Shown here piece by piece: positions 25,801-40,073 of a DNA stretch of 64,000 nt. The DNA comes from Mizuhopecten yessoensis (lineage: Eukaryota): positions 7,111,255 to 7,175,254 of the forward strand of contig NW_018404492.1 in the NCBI RefSeq assembly GCF_002113885.1, read 5' to 3'. The notes under the pieces are model-generated. The model was not told the DNA's origin. It ran no database searches and saw nothing but the letters and a program-made list of their open reading frames with translations. The position numbers and the translations under genes were made by a program. Each line of letters opens with the position of its first letter. The first letter of the stretch is position 1.

Positions 25801-28800
25801 AATATGTGCAAAGGCAAATTGGTGTAGACCGTTTAGCTGGAGCAGAACATACACATGTATATGGATATTAAAATCGTTGTTGATGATAAAGGGAGGGAAA
25901 AAATAATATATAATGGATGTATAAATAAACACACGTTACATGTATACATTTCTAAAAGAATATGTCTTCTTCTGTGTTTTTTTGTCATAACAGGCAAATC
26001 TTTATTTCTATATGACGTCCTTTGAAATTACCTAATTGAAGTGGATGTAAATGTTGCCGAACTGATTTAACCTTATGTGAACATGTTGTTTCAAACCACA
26101 CATATTATGCTACATATTATTAACGAGAAATGGTATACATATTTTTAAATATCCTTTCTTTATTGTTGACAATGATTCTATTTTCAACTAAAAATATTGT
26201 TCATATAGATATATTTAAACCGCTATCGATAAAATGTTTTTGCAGTAAGGAGCAAATAAAAAAAAGAGACAGGAATTAATCGACTACATTTTCGTTGTTT
26301 TTCTCAGAAGAACATGCACAACTGTAACTAATGAGCATTCCCAATGTTTTGTGTTTAGGTCAAGTTTTATGTTGCATTCAACAGATAACAATAGAAATAG
26401 AACGACAACAGGTTCATAGTAATTGTTTTCGGGTAAATTTCTAGCCTCATATACAGTGTTTTGTTGATGCACTTATCACCGTTTGGAATATATTTCTTGG
26501 TTTTTATTTAAACTCATGTGAAATGTGAGTATTTCACACTTTGTGAGATCGACGTGAGAGCGATGTGACATTCAGTGATCACTTTGACGATGAAATATGG
26601 GATATTTAACTCTTCGTTTGATCTAAGACGATTGAAATATTCAATTCGTCACATTGTGCAAAGCCGTGCGAGATTTTCAACTCCTTACTTCGTATGCTCC
26701 ATTTCAGACATCTACATTTGTAACTCTTCACATTGTCTAAGTCATGTAAGATATTTCATGCGTCATTTTGCCTAAGCTGTGCGATATATCTACACAGCTA
26801 CCAATAAAACACGGCATGTTCAGCCGACACGAATTTCCTAGATTTGTTGCAAGCCGCCACAAGCATATATTTCATTTTCACTTCCCTTGTTGAAATAATT
26901 CTCTAATGAAAGTAATGCTGCTCTTGTCTCCACATTACTTGTTGTCTCCACATTTTGTCATCAAAATGGAACGCACAATGCCAACAGTATTTTAAACCAT
27001 GGTATCAATGCTCTAGCCATTCTACAAGCATTAAATCTTCCACTTGGGTGATAAGATCTAAGGAAGATCCAGGTTATAACTCCGACGTCATAAAATGTGA
27101 AGGTGAAGATACGAATACGCCCTTCCCATGGTTCTAAAGCCGACACAAAAGCTTCAAATATTGGATCGGTGTCTATTTTACATCAGTTTAATGTCTCCTA
27201 GAAAATCGTTTGAAGGAATTAAGGTCTCACGTAATTAAGAATAAACGTCAATGAAACCAGAAAAGAAAATGACCTTTTTTTCTGATAGAATTGTATTATG
27301 TCACGGACAAGAAAACACCCAAATGTGTCTTCCTGTTTAAATAGGACCGAACTAAGATTGACATGTTCAATTGCAAATGTTCAGAAAAATAGGAACATAA
27401 AGTAAAAGAGAGGGGTTGAGTAGCAATGCATAAGGATAGCGTATTCTACAGGATTATTACTTGTCGTAAATCTTTACCTCAGCGTATTATCTTATAGCAC
27501 AGAGCAATATAGCACAGACATCGCCATCTGTCGACTAACAGTTATACACACACATATATATATATACAAAATACAGAGGTTCGAAAATAGCAGTCCCCGG
27601 ATGAGCTTGTTTATTCAGGCTCTCAGGAAGACTAGCGCATACATATATTAATAAATATGCATGCAGTATTTTCTCTAAATCGTCTAAATCTAATTTGTTA
27701 TTTCTAAACAGTAATTTGGTTCATGCTATAAGACCACTTATATAGGTCAGGAAATTGTGCCCAAAGAGAAAATGTATGAATTTGTCTCATTTTTATTTAT
27801 ATGTTGATTTATCACATACTGTCTATAATTTTCGACCACGCTAGACCTTAAACAGAGCTTAAGGTGCCTGGTTGTGCGTTCTATATAATTGGAAATAGTT
27901 CACAGTCTATATACACATTTTTTTTATGTTTATTGCATTGAATCTGTAAACCATTAGGGCTATAATGTCAATATCCCCAATGCTTGAAAGTTTTTTGGAA
28001 TAGGAAATTACCTAAGGGTTAAATAAGAGATTGAAATAGGTTACATTGATATGAAACTTCAGCCAGGGGCGCTTAGTATGAGGTTTCTGTGGAGATTTTG
28101 TATCATGAGCTCGACACATCCTCAGACAAACGTTTAATGTACATTGCCAATCAGTGTGTACCATGGGGGCAACTGACACTCGTCGACAACTGAGTCCCCA
28201 CAGGAACTAGACAATCGATGTGTTTGGACAGAGAGATACATAGACACATATATACATTAAACATACAATGTTCGACGGGCATGGCCAATTATACATCAAA
28301 CGCCTTTCACAACCGTCACGTAAATAATCGGAGTCTTCTATTTACCTTCCAGAAGCGTCTTAATATATATTGATTGGTGTTTTATGGTGATAACAGGACT
28401 GTAGATCGAGGTAGTGCTTGTGGCACTAGCCTAAAGAACGACACGCTTTTAAGAGAAGACATCCAGTAATTATTACAATACCGTTATAGTTCCATTACGG
28501 TACCGATAATTTAATCTTTAAATCTCGTTTGCGATTTTCAACAAAAGCGATGCTTGGTTTCAATTTCACTATCATATACATTGTATACTGTAAAATATTG
28601 CGGTCAAGTCTACTATTCTACTTTAAACTTCGCATTTTTTTTTTTTTTATAAAGGTGTAGTTTCAATTTCTTTTGGATTACTTGTCAAATAAACGTCTGT
28701 GGGATAATTCATTGTACGCTATTTCTGTTTCGTGATCAAAGAGCAGTGTGCACTACAGCAGTTCACAACAATAATTATCTTTGATGGCTCGAGGATCCCG

Positions 28801-31800
28801 TGTTGGCCTTCGTACGAAACGCCACTGGGATAACGACTTATGTGTCATTACCGGTATTGCGGCACTAGAATGCATTCGATAATTGCGTGGAAGAAAACAC
28901 CCTCAATGTGCAAGGGATTAAAACCGTGCCTAAGCTAGCAGAGAAGAATATACGATGCTTCCAAAATTAGTGCGTATTTTATCATACGTATGCTAGTATG
29001 GTCTATCATCTAAGCAACATGATTCGGATATAATTAAAGTTCCCATTCATAACACCACGCATACTGAGCTATATTGTAACTATCGGCGCAAACGTCAGAT
29101 AAATCTATTTACGCAACATCTTGATTTTGTACACGAAAATACCCTGTTTCATGTTTCAACATTTTAACGGTAACCATTGTGTTGCTATGCAAGATTCCTT
29201 CTGATTCATAGATCGTATTACATGTGCCATGTACATGTATATATTTAGGTCGTTAAGGGAAGAATAGACCTAACGATTTCAATGTCGTTCAATTACATAT
29301 CGATATATCACATTTCTGTGTTTACGTCAGAGCTAATGTGATAAGGTAAATACTACAGTTCCCAGGACGGTGAAGCATCACAAAAATACTAAATTCGATT
29401 ACATTCACGGAAATGATTACTTGTAAATGTAAGAAACGTTTCACATTTGAGTGTTTAAGAAAAGAAAATGTATGAAAAACTTCATGAATCCTTTCTCCTT
29501 GATTTTTCCTTATCTGACACTTTGCATCAAAATTCATTAATTTAAAAGTTTCTTGAACAACGACATTGCGAAACAACAATGTCATACATATAAGTTACAA
29601 CTGAAGCTGGCAACCGAACACTTCATTAACACTTAATTTACACTTCGTCAGTCTGTGGTACGTTTTGATATGATATTCTTCTCCATTCTTACATGGTCAT
29701 GTATTGTTTGATTTAAACAGATTTGAGTTGTAGTTTCTATTCTAACTGTATAATAGTAATAAGAAGTGTTCAGTTTCAATTTGTTTAATGAACATGTTAT
29801 TGCGTGGAACCCGCATTGGGTATAGTCAATTGGAGTACAGGATTTGTGAGCAAACATTTGATATATGTTGTCATGGTTTTAACGTGGGACTAAGCCGTAT
29901 GTTAACAATCTAGCCATCAATATTGCAATAGTTTTTCAAACTATAACATATTTTCAGCGCTTTTCAGAATATGAAAATTGTTGATGAAATACTATACTTA
30001 TATCAACGAACACGTTGCAGCCTTAAATTAAGGATATGGTGAGTATCAATCTATTTTCAACGCATTCATTTCATGTTTAATAACCAATATAATTTTGCAA
30101 TCTCTGACGAATTACCGTCGGTTCTGATTATTGGCATTGTTTCCACATTTTTGCAGTTTTCATTCTATGTTTCTAATCTATATGATTATTTAAAAAAAAA
30201 AATAGTCCAAGTCTTTTAGATTTCAATTAAGACGCATATTTCTCGTGCGGAATATTTTTATTCGTTTTTTTATTTATTTATTTTTTAAACTGAACGCAAA
30301 CAACACCATAGGGCCACGGAAATCACAACCGCGACTGTTCACACAGGGTATCATCAATATGCTCCCCGTGGAATGGATTTGACAATTTCCGTGACGAGAG
30401 AAGACTATAATCAAATAGCATGAGGTATGACAAATTGCAAATTGCCAAATCGCCATTTTAACTGTCACTATTTGTTCAAAGCAATCTAGCAAGAGGATGT
30501 CACGCAGCCGTCCAAATGCGATCGGGATTCACAGAAATGAATGCGTACTGTTCTTTGGTGCAAAGATATCAGTATACTGTGTATATGAAACAAACGGATA
30601 CACTAGGAGTATACTCATGACACGTGGGTCTATATAGAGACGAAAACACCCAAACGAAGCAAGATTGATACTTGAATTCTTTAAGTCCTCACCATTGGAA
30701 GGAAAATCAATACAAAAGCTTTTCCTTTTTGTCAAGAAATAACAAGAGGCAATGGTTTTAAATGTCAGAGATTTCAACATGTACGCGAAAACGAATAGAT
30801 GGCCTCACTAGATAACAAATACAGTTCTTACATAAAGAGAAAATGGTTCAAGATAAAAATAAAGGTTTTTTTCAAAGATTGTGAGTGTAAACTACATTTC
30901 ATTTATGTATTGTTAATTATAATAATTGTTAAAGATAATTAATTAACTTTTAAATTAAATTAATTCTTTTAGTCTCAGATGTTGTACTTATATAAATATA
31001 ATTAATTTCGCCTATTGATCCTTTATATCGTATTGATCAAGCTACTTAATTCTGTCAAATGTCATTTGGTTGATTTTTTCGATTTGCTGTCGGGAAGGTT
31101 CACTTGAAAGTGATGTAGACTATAACGATAATTGATGATAAGGTCAGGTGTCGTCCGTTTGTATTGACCGTGTATAAGTGTTTTGGCAGGTGCCCGCGTT
31201 ATCATTGGTACAATTTGTACGTAAATTTGTCATGATTGATCTATCGCTGTACGATACTGACTAGAAAAGTGGAAAGCTTATGGATCTATATCTATGTAAC
31301 AAATCCATAATACCGTTATGTTTCTTTAGGACTATAATATAACAAGACATCATGTACGGACTTGTCATTAGTTTGAAATGCGTTCAAATGTTTTACTTGA
31401 TCACGTTATCCTTCAAAACCTCCTTCCTGATTACAAGCGCTCTATATACACGTATTAGAGCTTTTTATACGCCTATTACAACAATCCTAATCATGACAGT
31501 TTTACTCAAAAATAGTTACGTAGTAAAAATGATTCCTTGTTAGCATCATTTCGGAGTGGAGCCCTATACCTAACTACCCATCCTCTGTTCACAATAATAA
31601 ATAATTATTTCCACGTACCAAAAGGCACACGTAGCTTTCAGAGCTTTTTGGCAAGGCATCATTCTTCTAAAACCTCATTGCGGTATTGTGTTATGTGACC
31701 CTAACGTCTAGATTTTTTTGCAGTTTACTTTTTAAACTTGCATTGAATGATTCTATATCTATTTATAAACTTATAAACTTTGATATACCGTTTATTTAGC

Positions 31801-32322
31801 TGGAGAATAAAACGTTTAAAACTCTGTCGACGGCTTACAGGCATAACGGAGTCAAAGGGACGCAGCCAAAAGGTCCAGTCTTATGCCAAAAAAAAAAACC
31901 CGTAACGAGACAATAGATGTCTCAGAATTTCCCAGACGAGATAATGAGATATATAGTTTTCGTCGCTTAAGCAGATTAAGTCGACAGTGTCAGGTTTGTC
32001 ATTTTATATTAGATTTCAACCCCAGTAGTTTTTATCTGCATCATTTCTTCGAATACCTTATATATCTGTGTGTGAAAAGCGTTTTAAAAAAACCGTAAAA
32101 GAAATCTTAACACCTTCAGAGCTCAAAGATGATTACCTGATTCCCAGAACTAAATCGTCTCTATTCGTTTCCCCACGTTACAATCGTTGATTGAGCAGAC
32201 GAGACGGTTAGTGCGGCAAGACATCTTAATGCGACACTGACACAGACACGTGCATTGATTGCGTAAATCAGAGAATGCTAAAGGTGTGACATAAATATAG
32301 ACTCGGGTTAATATTGACTTAC

Positions 32323-32434
32323 CTTGTCCAAAAACAATTACACTCGATAAAAATATGATCCGTATACCAAAACTGGGTACCGTCATCCTGGTCCGAATCG
32401 GCATTTTGTAACTGGAGAATTGACAAACGTCCAT
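32323..32434 (-). CDS. Probable first coding exon (signal peptide) of a minus-strand host gene whose later exons were not found in the window
   Basis: MDVCQFSSYKMPIRTRMTVPSFGIRIIFLSSVIVFGQ(G): basic n-region plus hydrophobic stretch, ending at canonical donor AAG|GTAAGT (32323|32322), phase 1. A CpG-rich region with CCAAT motifs lies upstream at ~32800-33100. Confidence 0.6.
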
Positions 32435-32799
32435 CCGTTACTAGTATATCCAGTATGTTCCGACGTTAACTTAGTCCATCGTTGATCGGCGTTAAAAGCA
32501 TCCCAATCCAAACACCAAAGTAAATCCAGGTGTCGAATGAGTGTCTTTACAATGTTGTCTTGTCGTCTGCGTCAACGACACCTACTTCCGTATTTGAACG
32601 TTCCTTCGTTCTATTTGCTCACCATGTGCTTGCTTGTATCTCCTTGTTTATGTTATTTCAAAAAGTTGTTGTTGTGTCGGCGGGACAAATTGGAGGCGTT
32701 ATTTCGGTCAACAGGGCTAAGAAAGTGCGAGGAAATTCGTTAAACACTCTCTGATACAGATTCTAACAGAATGACAAGTTTTTTCCTTGAAAATCAGAG

Positions 32800-33120
32800 T
32801 GAGATCTCCCACTGAGATTAAAATTGGAGTCGGAAACGGTGCGTGATAGCCGGACCGATCGATGGATGCTGAGAATGTATAACGGTACATATGTTAGCAA
32901 TAAACGCGTGTGTGAGAAACGTTGGATGCCAATCAACTGCTAATAATGTGATTGAACGATGATACAGAGGGGTCGGTCTACAAGTGGGAGGGAACAAATA
33001 CCGACGCTACCACCAATCGGTACCTAGCAGCGCGGGTCCACGCCCGAGAACCGCTCTCTCGCTACTGTAAAATCAATGTGAATGTAAACGAGTCACCAGC
33101 TCGCCCCTAACTTGCCTTAA
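32800..33120 (-). promoter_or_regulatory. Candidate promoter of the minus-strand host gene
   Basis: Locally GC/CpG-rich, with two CCAAT motifs (ccaatcaa ~32929, ccaatcgg ~33013), upstream of a UTR-like stretch leading to the signal-peptide exon. Confidence 0.35.
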
Positions 33121-35640
33121 CCGTCAGTGTTAGTATGGTGGTACACTTTTCTGGCGGTGCCAAGAGTACGTAAGATGTCTAGGAACTGGGGTCATAATTA
33201 GACGGGAGGCCCGGCGGATGTATATTTCATAGATAATGGAAATAAAACACTCGGACCTGTAATTAGTTGAGATTTACCTCGTCCTCATCTGTGCGAATAT
33301 ATCACTATATAGATAAGACTATCCCTATCGAGCGAGTTTGAACGTCTTTTGCCCATGAGTAATACCGACCCGATAGGAGTGACCCGCCCCTCCGGCCATT
33401 CCACAATTGATAATGCTGACCACTGCGCAGATCAATTTCCGGACAATGGACATGATACATCGTCGCTGTAAATAGCCTCGCAGTTGTTTTCCTGGTATTT
33501 TTCAAGTTCACATCAATATGAAGAGTAGTTAAAAACATCGAATATTTATTTTTATTTCCATAGATCCCTACGTGCTAAGGGCAGGGAAATAATTTTTAAC
33601 TTGGGGCATCAAATACTTCATTTTCTAAGTATAACATCTAGTTTGTTGGTATTATGGGTCAAAATCTTCCAAGTCTGGAAATACTTCTTTAATCTGATGA
33701 TCCACATCATCTACAATGATCCACATACTCTACAATGCAACACAATTTGTTTATTTCATACAAAGATACCACATGCGATAGTTTATCAGAGTACAAAACA
33801 AACAAATCGCCGTGTACGTAAGAATATCGATAAGTAAGAATAACGGTTATCTCAGTAATTCAATAATATGGAATTGCCGTTGAAATAAAGAACATTTCAA
33901 ATTTCAATGTTGTGCATACATTTGCATGCAGTAAGTAAAATTTTAACAGTTATTACGAAATTAATATATTTGCAATGCCCAATGTTGTACACGAGACGTT
34001 GCAGATATGTGTCTGCTATAGAATCCTTCTCCATTTTCGGTAAGTTTGAAACTATGAAGCGTTAACGTTGTTGGATGCAAGTGTTGTACTGAAACTAACA
34101 CGAGTCTTACCTGCACCATGTACAGAAATATCTGAACATATAAGGCTATACATGTAATATGTTCAAAGGAGTGACTTAAATATTAACCCTTATTTAATGT
34201 ATTTACAAAAATAAAGAATATTTCAGTGGGTCGATTTGGTCCATATTTTGAAACCATAATAAACGTACATTGTATGTGACCAGTTGTTCAACTGTACACG
34301 TAGATTGCCGTTTAAGTAACAATATTCAGATACTATTGTAGAATGTAAAAATACGTTATTATGTACAAGAAGATTGCCGTAGAGATAACTATAGTAGAAT
34401 TTAAAAAAAATTATAAGGTACTTTTGCAATACGTTACAAAACATTAGTAGGCCTTTAAGTAACCTGTAACATCACATTGTATGTTTATTAAGTAATAAGA
34501 GCGTAGCTCTCGGGAGCCTTCGGCGCCCGAGCGAAGCTCTTTAATGGTAACACATGCGTACGTAAACAGAGTTGCTTCCCCTTTCTACACTTTGCCTTTA
34601 ACTTCTTCCGGAAGTAGACCTCCAGTGGGGAAAAAGGAAGAGTATCAACACATACTTGAACATCTTCATATAGTGAAAGCAATCTTCATGTTTTTTTGTT
34701 TAAATAAAAACTATATAATATACATTCTGAATGAAAAAAGTCCATCAAATACAATGTGATACAAACAGGCATGAAACTTCGTTCAGAGATTATCATACTA
34801 TGACGTCACAAACACGTCACACTCCATCGGCCTTCATCGGTTATTTCCGGAAGGATGAAAAATAACCGGAAAATCGCGGAACTGATGTCCGTTGCATTTA
34901 TCTCTTTGTTGGTGCTTCGTGACTTTTTTACTTCTCTTCTTGCCACAGGCACAAAAAGTAAAAAATGCAGATATTTTCTGAAAATCCTTTTTGTCATCAA
35001 CCAGGCTCTGTTAATTTTTCTACTGGGAGATAGAGCCGGCATTAACCAATAGGTCAACGTGTACATTTATTTTTTCATCGTCTAAAATTCCGTCAGCTTT
35101 TGATTTCCATTTGTTGAGAATATCAACGAATTAATTAACATTTTTGAAAGTCTGGTTATAGTCTTTACATACATTTTATATGCATCACCACCACTCATCA
35201 AAGAAACAATGGATAATGCATTTATGTCGAAATCAACAGTAATTTTCAAAAGAACCTCCCCAAGTTCATAGCCCTTTTTTAGCAACGTATTACTTTTTCA
35301 CAACACACGCCTATTTATAACTAGTTACAGACAGAAACCGTTTAATTTTATTTGGCATATCCTTACCTGTCAAACCTCGATGACAGTAACAAAATGTGAA
35401 ATTCAATCCGGTGTTTTAGGATGGAACAGGAATTGAGACTGCATATCGATATAACGACAATCTCAACATTACATCAAAATATTTTTTAACTTACATTTCA
35501 ATCCATTTACTTAGACTTATCGTTAAAAATATAATATGCACATGTTTTCTGAAGCAACTGCCAAACATTTTTCCCAACTTATCTTGATGATTTTGTTTGT
35601 GCCCTGACGGAACATGCAGAGGATTTAATTCTTAATGAAT

Positions 35641-35748
35641 GAGGAAGCCAGAGTATCCGGAGAAAACATGCGTTGCTGGGCAGATGACCGGGATTGAATC
35701 CGTCTTCTTGGTGAAGACGAGCGCGCTATCCACTGCGCCACCCGACCC
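35641..35748 (-). mobile_element. tRNA-derived SINE with TTTTCTCCGG-TACTC-GGCTTCCTC core
   Basis: Minus strand: TGGCGCAGTGG A box, GGATTCAATCCC B-box-like motif, then the ttttctccggatactctggcttcctc core typical of invertebrate core-domain SINEs. Confidence 0.7.
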
Positions 35749-38207
35749 ATCATATACGTTACGCACAAGAACAAATATCTACTTTAGCTTTGAATGGAAG
35801 AAAACGGCGTCATTACTGCAAAGATTATATTGTTAATACATTTTTTCTAATCATCTATGTCACAAAAAGTCTCCATACGGGAGACCGGGGCAAATTCGGC
35901 CACCCTTGATATTTTTGTTTTTTAGCTTACATTTACAAATTTGAGGCTCTAAGCAGTTTAGTTGGCTGGTCTTTCACGCGAAAACAATTGTCGAGGCAAA
36001 CTATTATGTACTGATATACTAAGCAGGAGAAAATAACTTTTGAGAGGGTATAGAAAGAAAATCATGATCTCGCTTCTGGTTATGCGAACTTTCTGTAAAC
36101 GCAATACTTGTAATGTCGGTCTTAAGTCTCATTAGAGCTCACGTTTCATTGTTATTCCTCGATTAGTCGACTTTAAAAAAAGTTTATTTTATTTCATTCT
36201 GAAAGCAGTATATCTAATTCTGAAAGCTACGCTCTTTTTAGGCTTTGCCTTTTCATATAATTGTTTGGCGTTTTGGTAGCATGTACATGTGGCATTACCT
36301 TATTGAATAACATGTACCAATACATTTTAGTAACTTAAGTTACGCATAACAATACACTAGGAACTGTATTTCGGTAACATTTTCAAGTAACAATACATTT
36401 TAGCTACTTTGGTAACACACAACAATACACTAGGGCTTGTACTTAGGTAATATTTATAAGTAATAATACATTTTTAGTAACATGTAACAAAATATGTTTA
36501 GTTATTTTAGTAGCATTTACAGTACATTAGCGAGGTTTAACAACCTTGCTTTCACGCGTATATGTTACTACGCGTACACCTGCATTGTATGACTAGATTC
36601 TATGAATAACACTGTACAAATACATATTTACTGTGCGTGAACGTGTAGTATTTTTATGTCATCAATGGAAATACTTGTACATGTATTGCCTTTTTTTGTT
36701 TTGTTTTTAACTGTTTTTATTATTTTTCCTGTCATTACAATACGTCTTGATACAATCACACTATCTTACAAGATTATAGTGTTAACTACATGAAGTCGTT
36801 CTATATACATCACTCAAAAAGTTTGTTCCGTGAGTATTACGAGTAATACTTGTCAACATTTACATAAGTGAATAATAATGAAGTATTTTAGCAAACCCAG
36901 TGACGTAAAAGAACTGTATCAATCAAGATCACAGCACGTTTGTCGTGCAAACTTTACTTCTGACCCTGGCAAACGCATAGCATTGTGTAAACAATCGCCA
37001 TAAAGTTTCTGCTCTTGTGAAATATCGTGAATTCGCTAATGCATGATAATAATATAGCTTCAACCGGGCGCCTGTTGATATAAGTAGCAAACGGGAAAAT
37101 TCGACCATGCACACTTATATTTGATATACATATAATGCAATGTAATTTCAAATCTTTTCATACAATGTACTAATATACGTATATTTGAAATGAAATGTTA
37201 TTACTTAAGTTTTAACCGCGTCTTTTCCCGACAGATTGTCATGGTAACTTTAAGCACTACATAATACATGAAGTAAGCAAAACCTTTGTTTGGTGAGGAT
37301 AAGTCGCTAATGAAACAAATATTGTATTACATGAAACAGAAATTACTATGACAATGACTTTTGACCCCACACAACAAAGGGATGACCACACGATACTTGT
37401 GCCTGTCTAGTACAAAACCATGAATTAAAAGCAAATGCCGTGTTTAGAGGTAAAATAATCGGCCAGCTGTAGAGGATGCTCACATAGTTCCGAGAAATCG
37501 GGAACACTGCTCTGTATCATACGTCAAATACAAAAAGGCAACACGAATCAATAGCCTGTATTGCCATAACCGTGAACGTAGGAGGAATCTGTTTCAAGTT
37601 TTTTGTTTGTTTTGACATACCCAATGTATCTCCGTACACTGCTTAATGCTGTCTATCCCTTGAAACTTAGTCAACTAGTTATTTTTTGAATGTGTTAAGG
37701 GGCTGCTGTTAAGACAATGCTCTCCAAAGTAGTTCTGATTTCTGTATTGGCTCTTCTTATTCTGTTTCCACTGACAGCAATATTAAACCTCACGAACATT
37801 CACTGTTGTGCCAGTGATATGTTCTTCTTTTTTCTATCCACACACAATTAGCTATTCGAGTGTGTCTATGACCAGACAGCTTCAAAAAGGCCAAGGAACG
37901 CCAATTAACCGATTTAAAGTGGTGTCATTTCTTTGCCGTTTACGAGTTGGCGCTGGCGCAAAAGGAATTCCAGGTAGCACCGAACATGCACCTTAAAGAG
38001 TGGTACACCTTCGGATAAGACTAACAACAGAAGGTCGACTGTACTTAATTCGTGTCAAAATATAATTAGAACACTGAGTTTTCTATCATTTATTTTTGTC
38101 AACTAGAAATCAGTTAAATGATGTAATAATATTATAATATACACATAATATTTCTTTCAATAAACGTAAAAATAAGTAAGAATGGAATATTTTAACCCTC
38201 CCCCCCC

Positions 38208-38256
38208 NNNNNNNNNNNNNNNNNNNNNNNNNNNNNNNNNNNNNNNNNNNNNNNNN
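38208..38256. other. Assembly gap (49 N) flanked by C runs
   Basis: N run in the sequence. Confidence 0.99.
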
Positions 38257-38390
38257 CCACCTCAACATTTTTTTTATATTGAGGGTTGTTGTGTAAACAA
38301 CAGTCCATTCCATATGCATGGTATACACGGTATGGTCAACCTATTAACAACTTATATAAGCTTCTATGGTACTCACGTTACATATACACA

Positions 38391-39000
38391 TTTATTCCGC
38401 CTCTGACAAAAATGTATCAATTTCATTGGCTGGCGCGAACATCATTACAAACCCGTATTATGCTACCTGCAGGGGGTATATTTACCCCTCTGTGGAGCCT
38501 CACTATCGTGACGTCATGACGCCATATTTTCGTGACGTCACACCGACGGCAGACGACGTAAACAAATATGGCGGCGAGGTTTGCTTTTCCGACCTGCCAG
38601 TCTGCAACTCCAGTTCACAGAGAGTGTCCAGCTCTGATGTTCAGCGGGTGTAGAATTGGGAACATTACCATTAACATCAACAGGTAGACAAGTATGACCG
38701 GATGGGAAATGACTATCGTGCGGATTCATTTTATTGTTATTTTACAGTTTCTATTGAAAATAAACTGCTGAAAATGATGTTTTATCATTAAATTGTAATG
38801 TTTAAGTTTGTATTTTCGTGGCTTATTTTCTGATGAAATAAATAAAAAGTCATCGGCAGGATAAATTCGTTACATAATCACTTGCAGGGAGTATACGGAA
38901 ATATATTGGGTCTATGAAAAAACCTGTATTGGGCGAGGCGCTTGTTTTTTTCATAGACCCCATATATTTCCGTATACCCCCTGCAAGTGACTATGTAACT
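38391..39000 (+). mobile_element. Internally deleted Crypton-like element with residual mini-ORF and terminal palindrome
   Basis: IR tttattccgcctctgac (38391) / gtcatcggcaggataaa (~38849-38865), palindrome 38869-38999, and a 39-aa mini-ORF at 38568-38687 (MAARFAF...FSGCRIGNITININR*) resembling fused N- and C-termini of animal Crypton YR proteins. Confidence 0.6.
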
Positions 39001-40073
39001 AACAGTACATGTTTACTGTACAAAACTGAATGTCATTTCTGGAATTCCAAACGAAAAGTAATTTACATATTGAACTTTTAGTAATCTACTAGCTGATTCC
39101 ACCTATTGTTAATATGTTAATATATAAGTGAAACTCATAATTCACATTCATGTGTTTTCGTGTGTATAACTCATTATTGCGAAACGCAGTAGACTAGTAT
39201 TAAAAGTATTCATCAAAAATACTGAAATATGACATATTCGTCAGGACACAAGGCTCATTTAAACGCACATGCGTTTGAATTAACAGAACATAACGTCAGT
39301 AGTGCATTGACCAGCAGTGCATACACGTATGTCGTCACACTCAAAGATGTCGTTTGAAGTACAAAGGTGGGGTCAACATTTGGCCCCCACTTTGATTTCA
39401 TAATTACTACTGATAACCGTAGTGGACCTCCTTGCATAACACCAGGTTGAATGACAGGGGTATCCTAACAAAATGACAGATACATGTCACAGGCAAATGT
39501 TATTTTGAAATTGAATTATGATAGTGTATAGTGTATAAAATTACTGTTATTGTGATACTAAATATGTCATATTGGTATACATGAAATAAGCGTAGTGATA
39601 CTTTTAATTATAAAAACATGCAAAATTTTCACAAAATTCTAAATATAACCAACATTGTCGACTTGCCTATATATAGTTTCAATGGTAGTCTATATTTTAA
39701 ACTTCTTAAAAAACTTTCTATATATATATTCTGTCTACAGAATCATTTTTATGTAATATCAAAACCGGTAAAGTACTTTTTTAGCATGCCAACATGACCA
39801 ATGGCCAATTTCATATAATCATAGAGATTTGATTATCAGCGTTTATTATAGATAGATACCGATACATTTTCTGTTTTTGTATTATACCAAAACACTTTAT
39901 TATATTACGCATGATTTATTGTTATGTACAGCAGTAATAATTCATGAATATATATTCTGCCAAAGTAATCTTTCCTCTGAAGAATGACTTAAGGTTGAGA
40001 TTGTGTTATAGACAAAGATATGCAATTACATAAAAACAATGAAATGATCTTAATAGTTAAAGCTATAATAAAC

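Noticed and set aside
35876-35910. TA-CGGGAGACCGGGGCAAATTCGGCC, a pogo/Tc1-like terminus
   Set aside because: No matching inverted end was found nearby.
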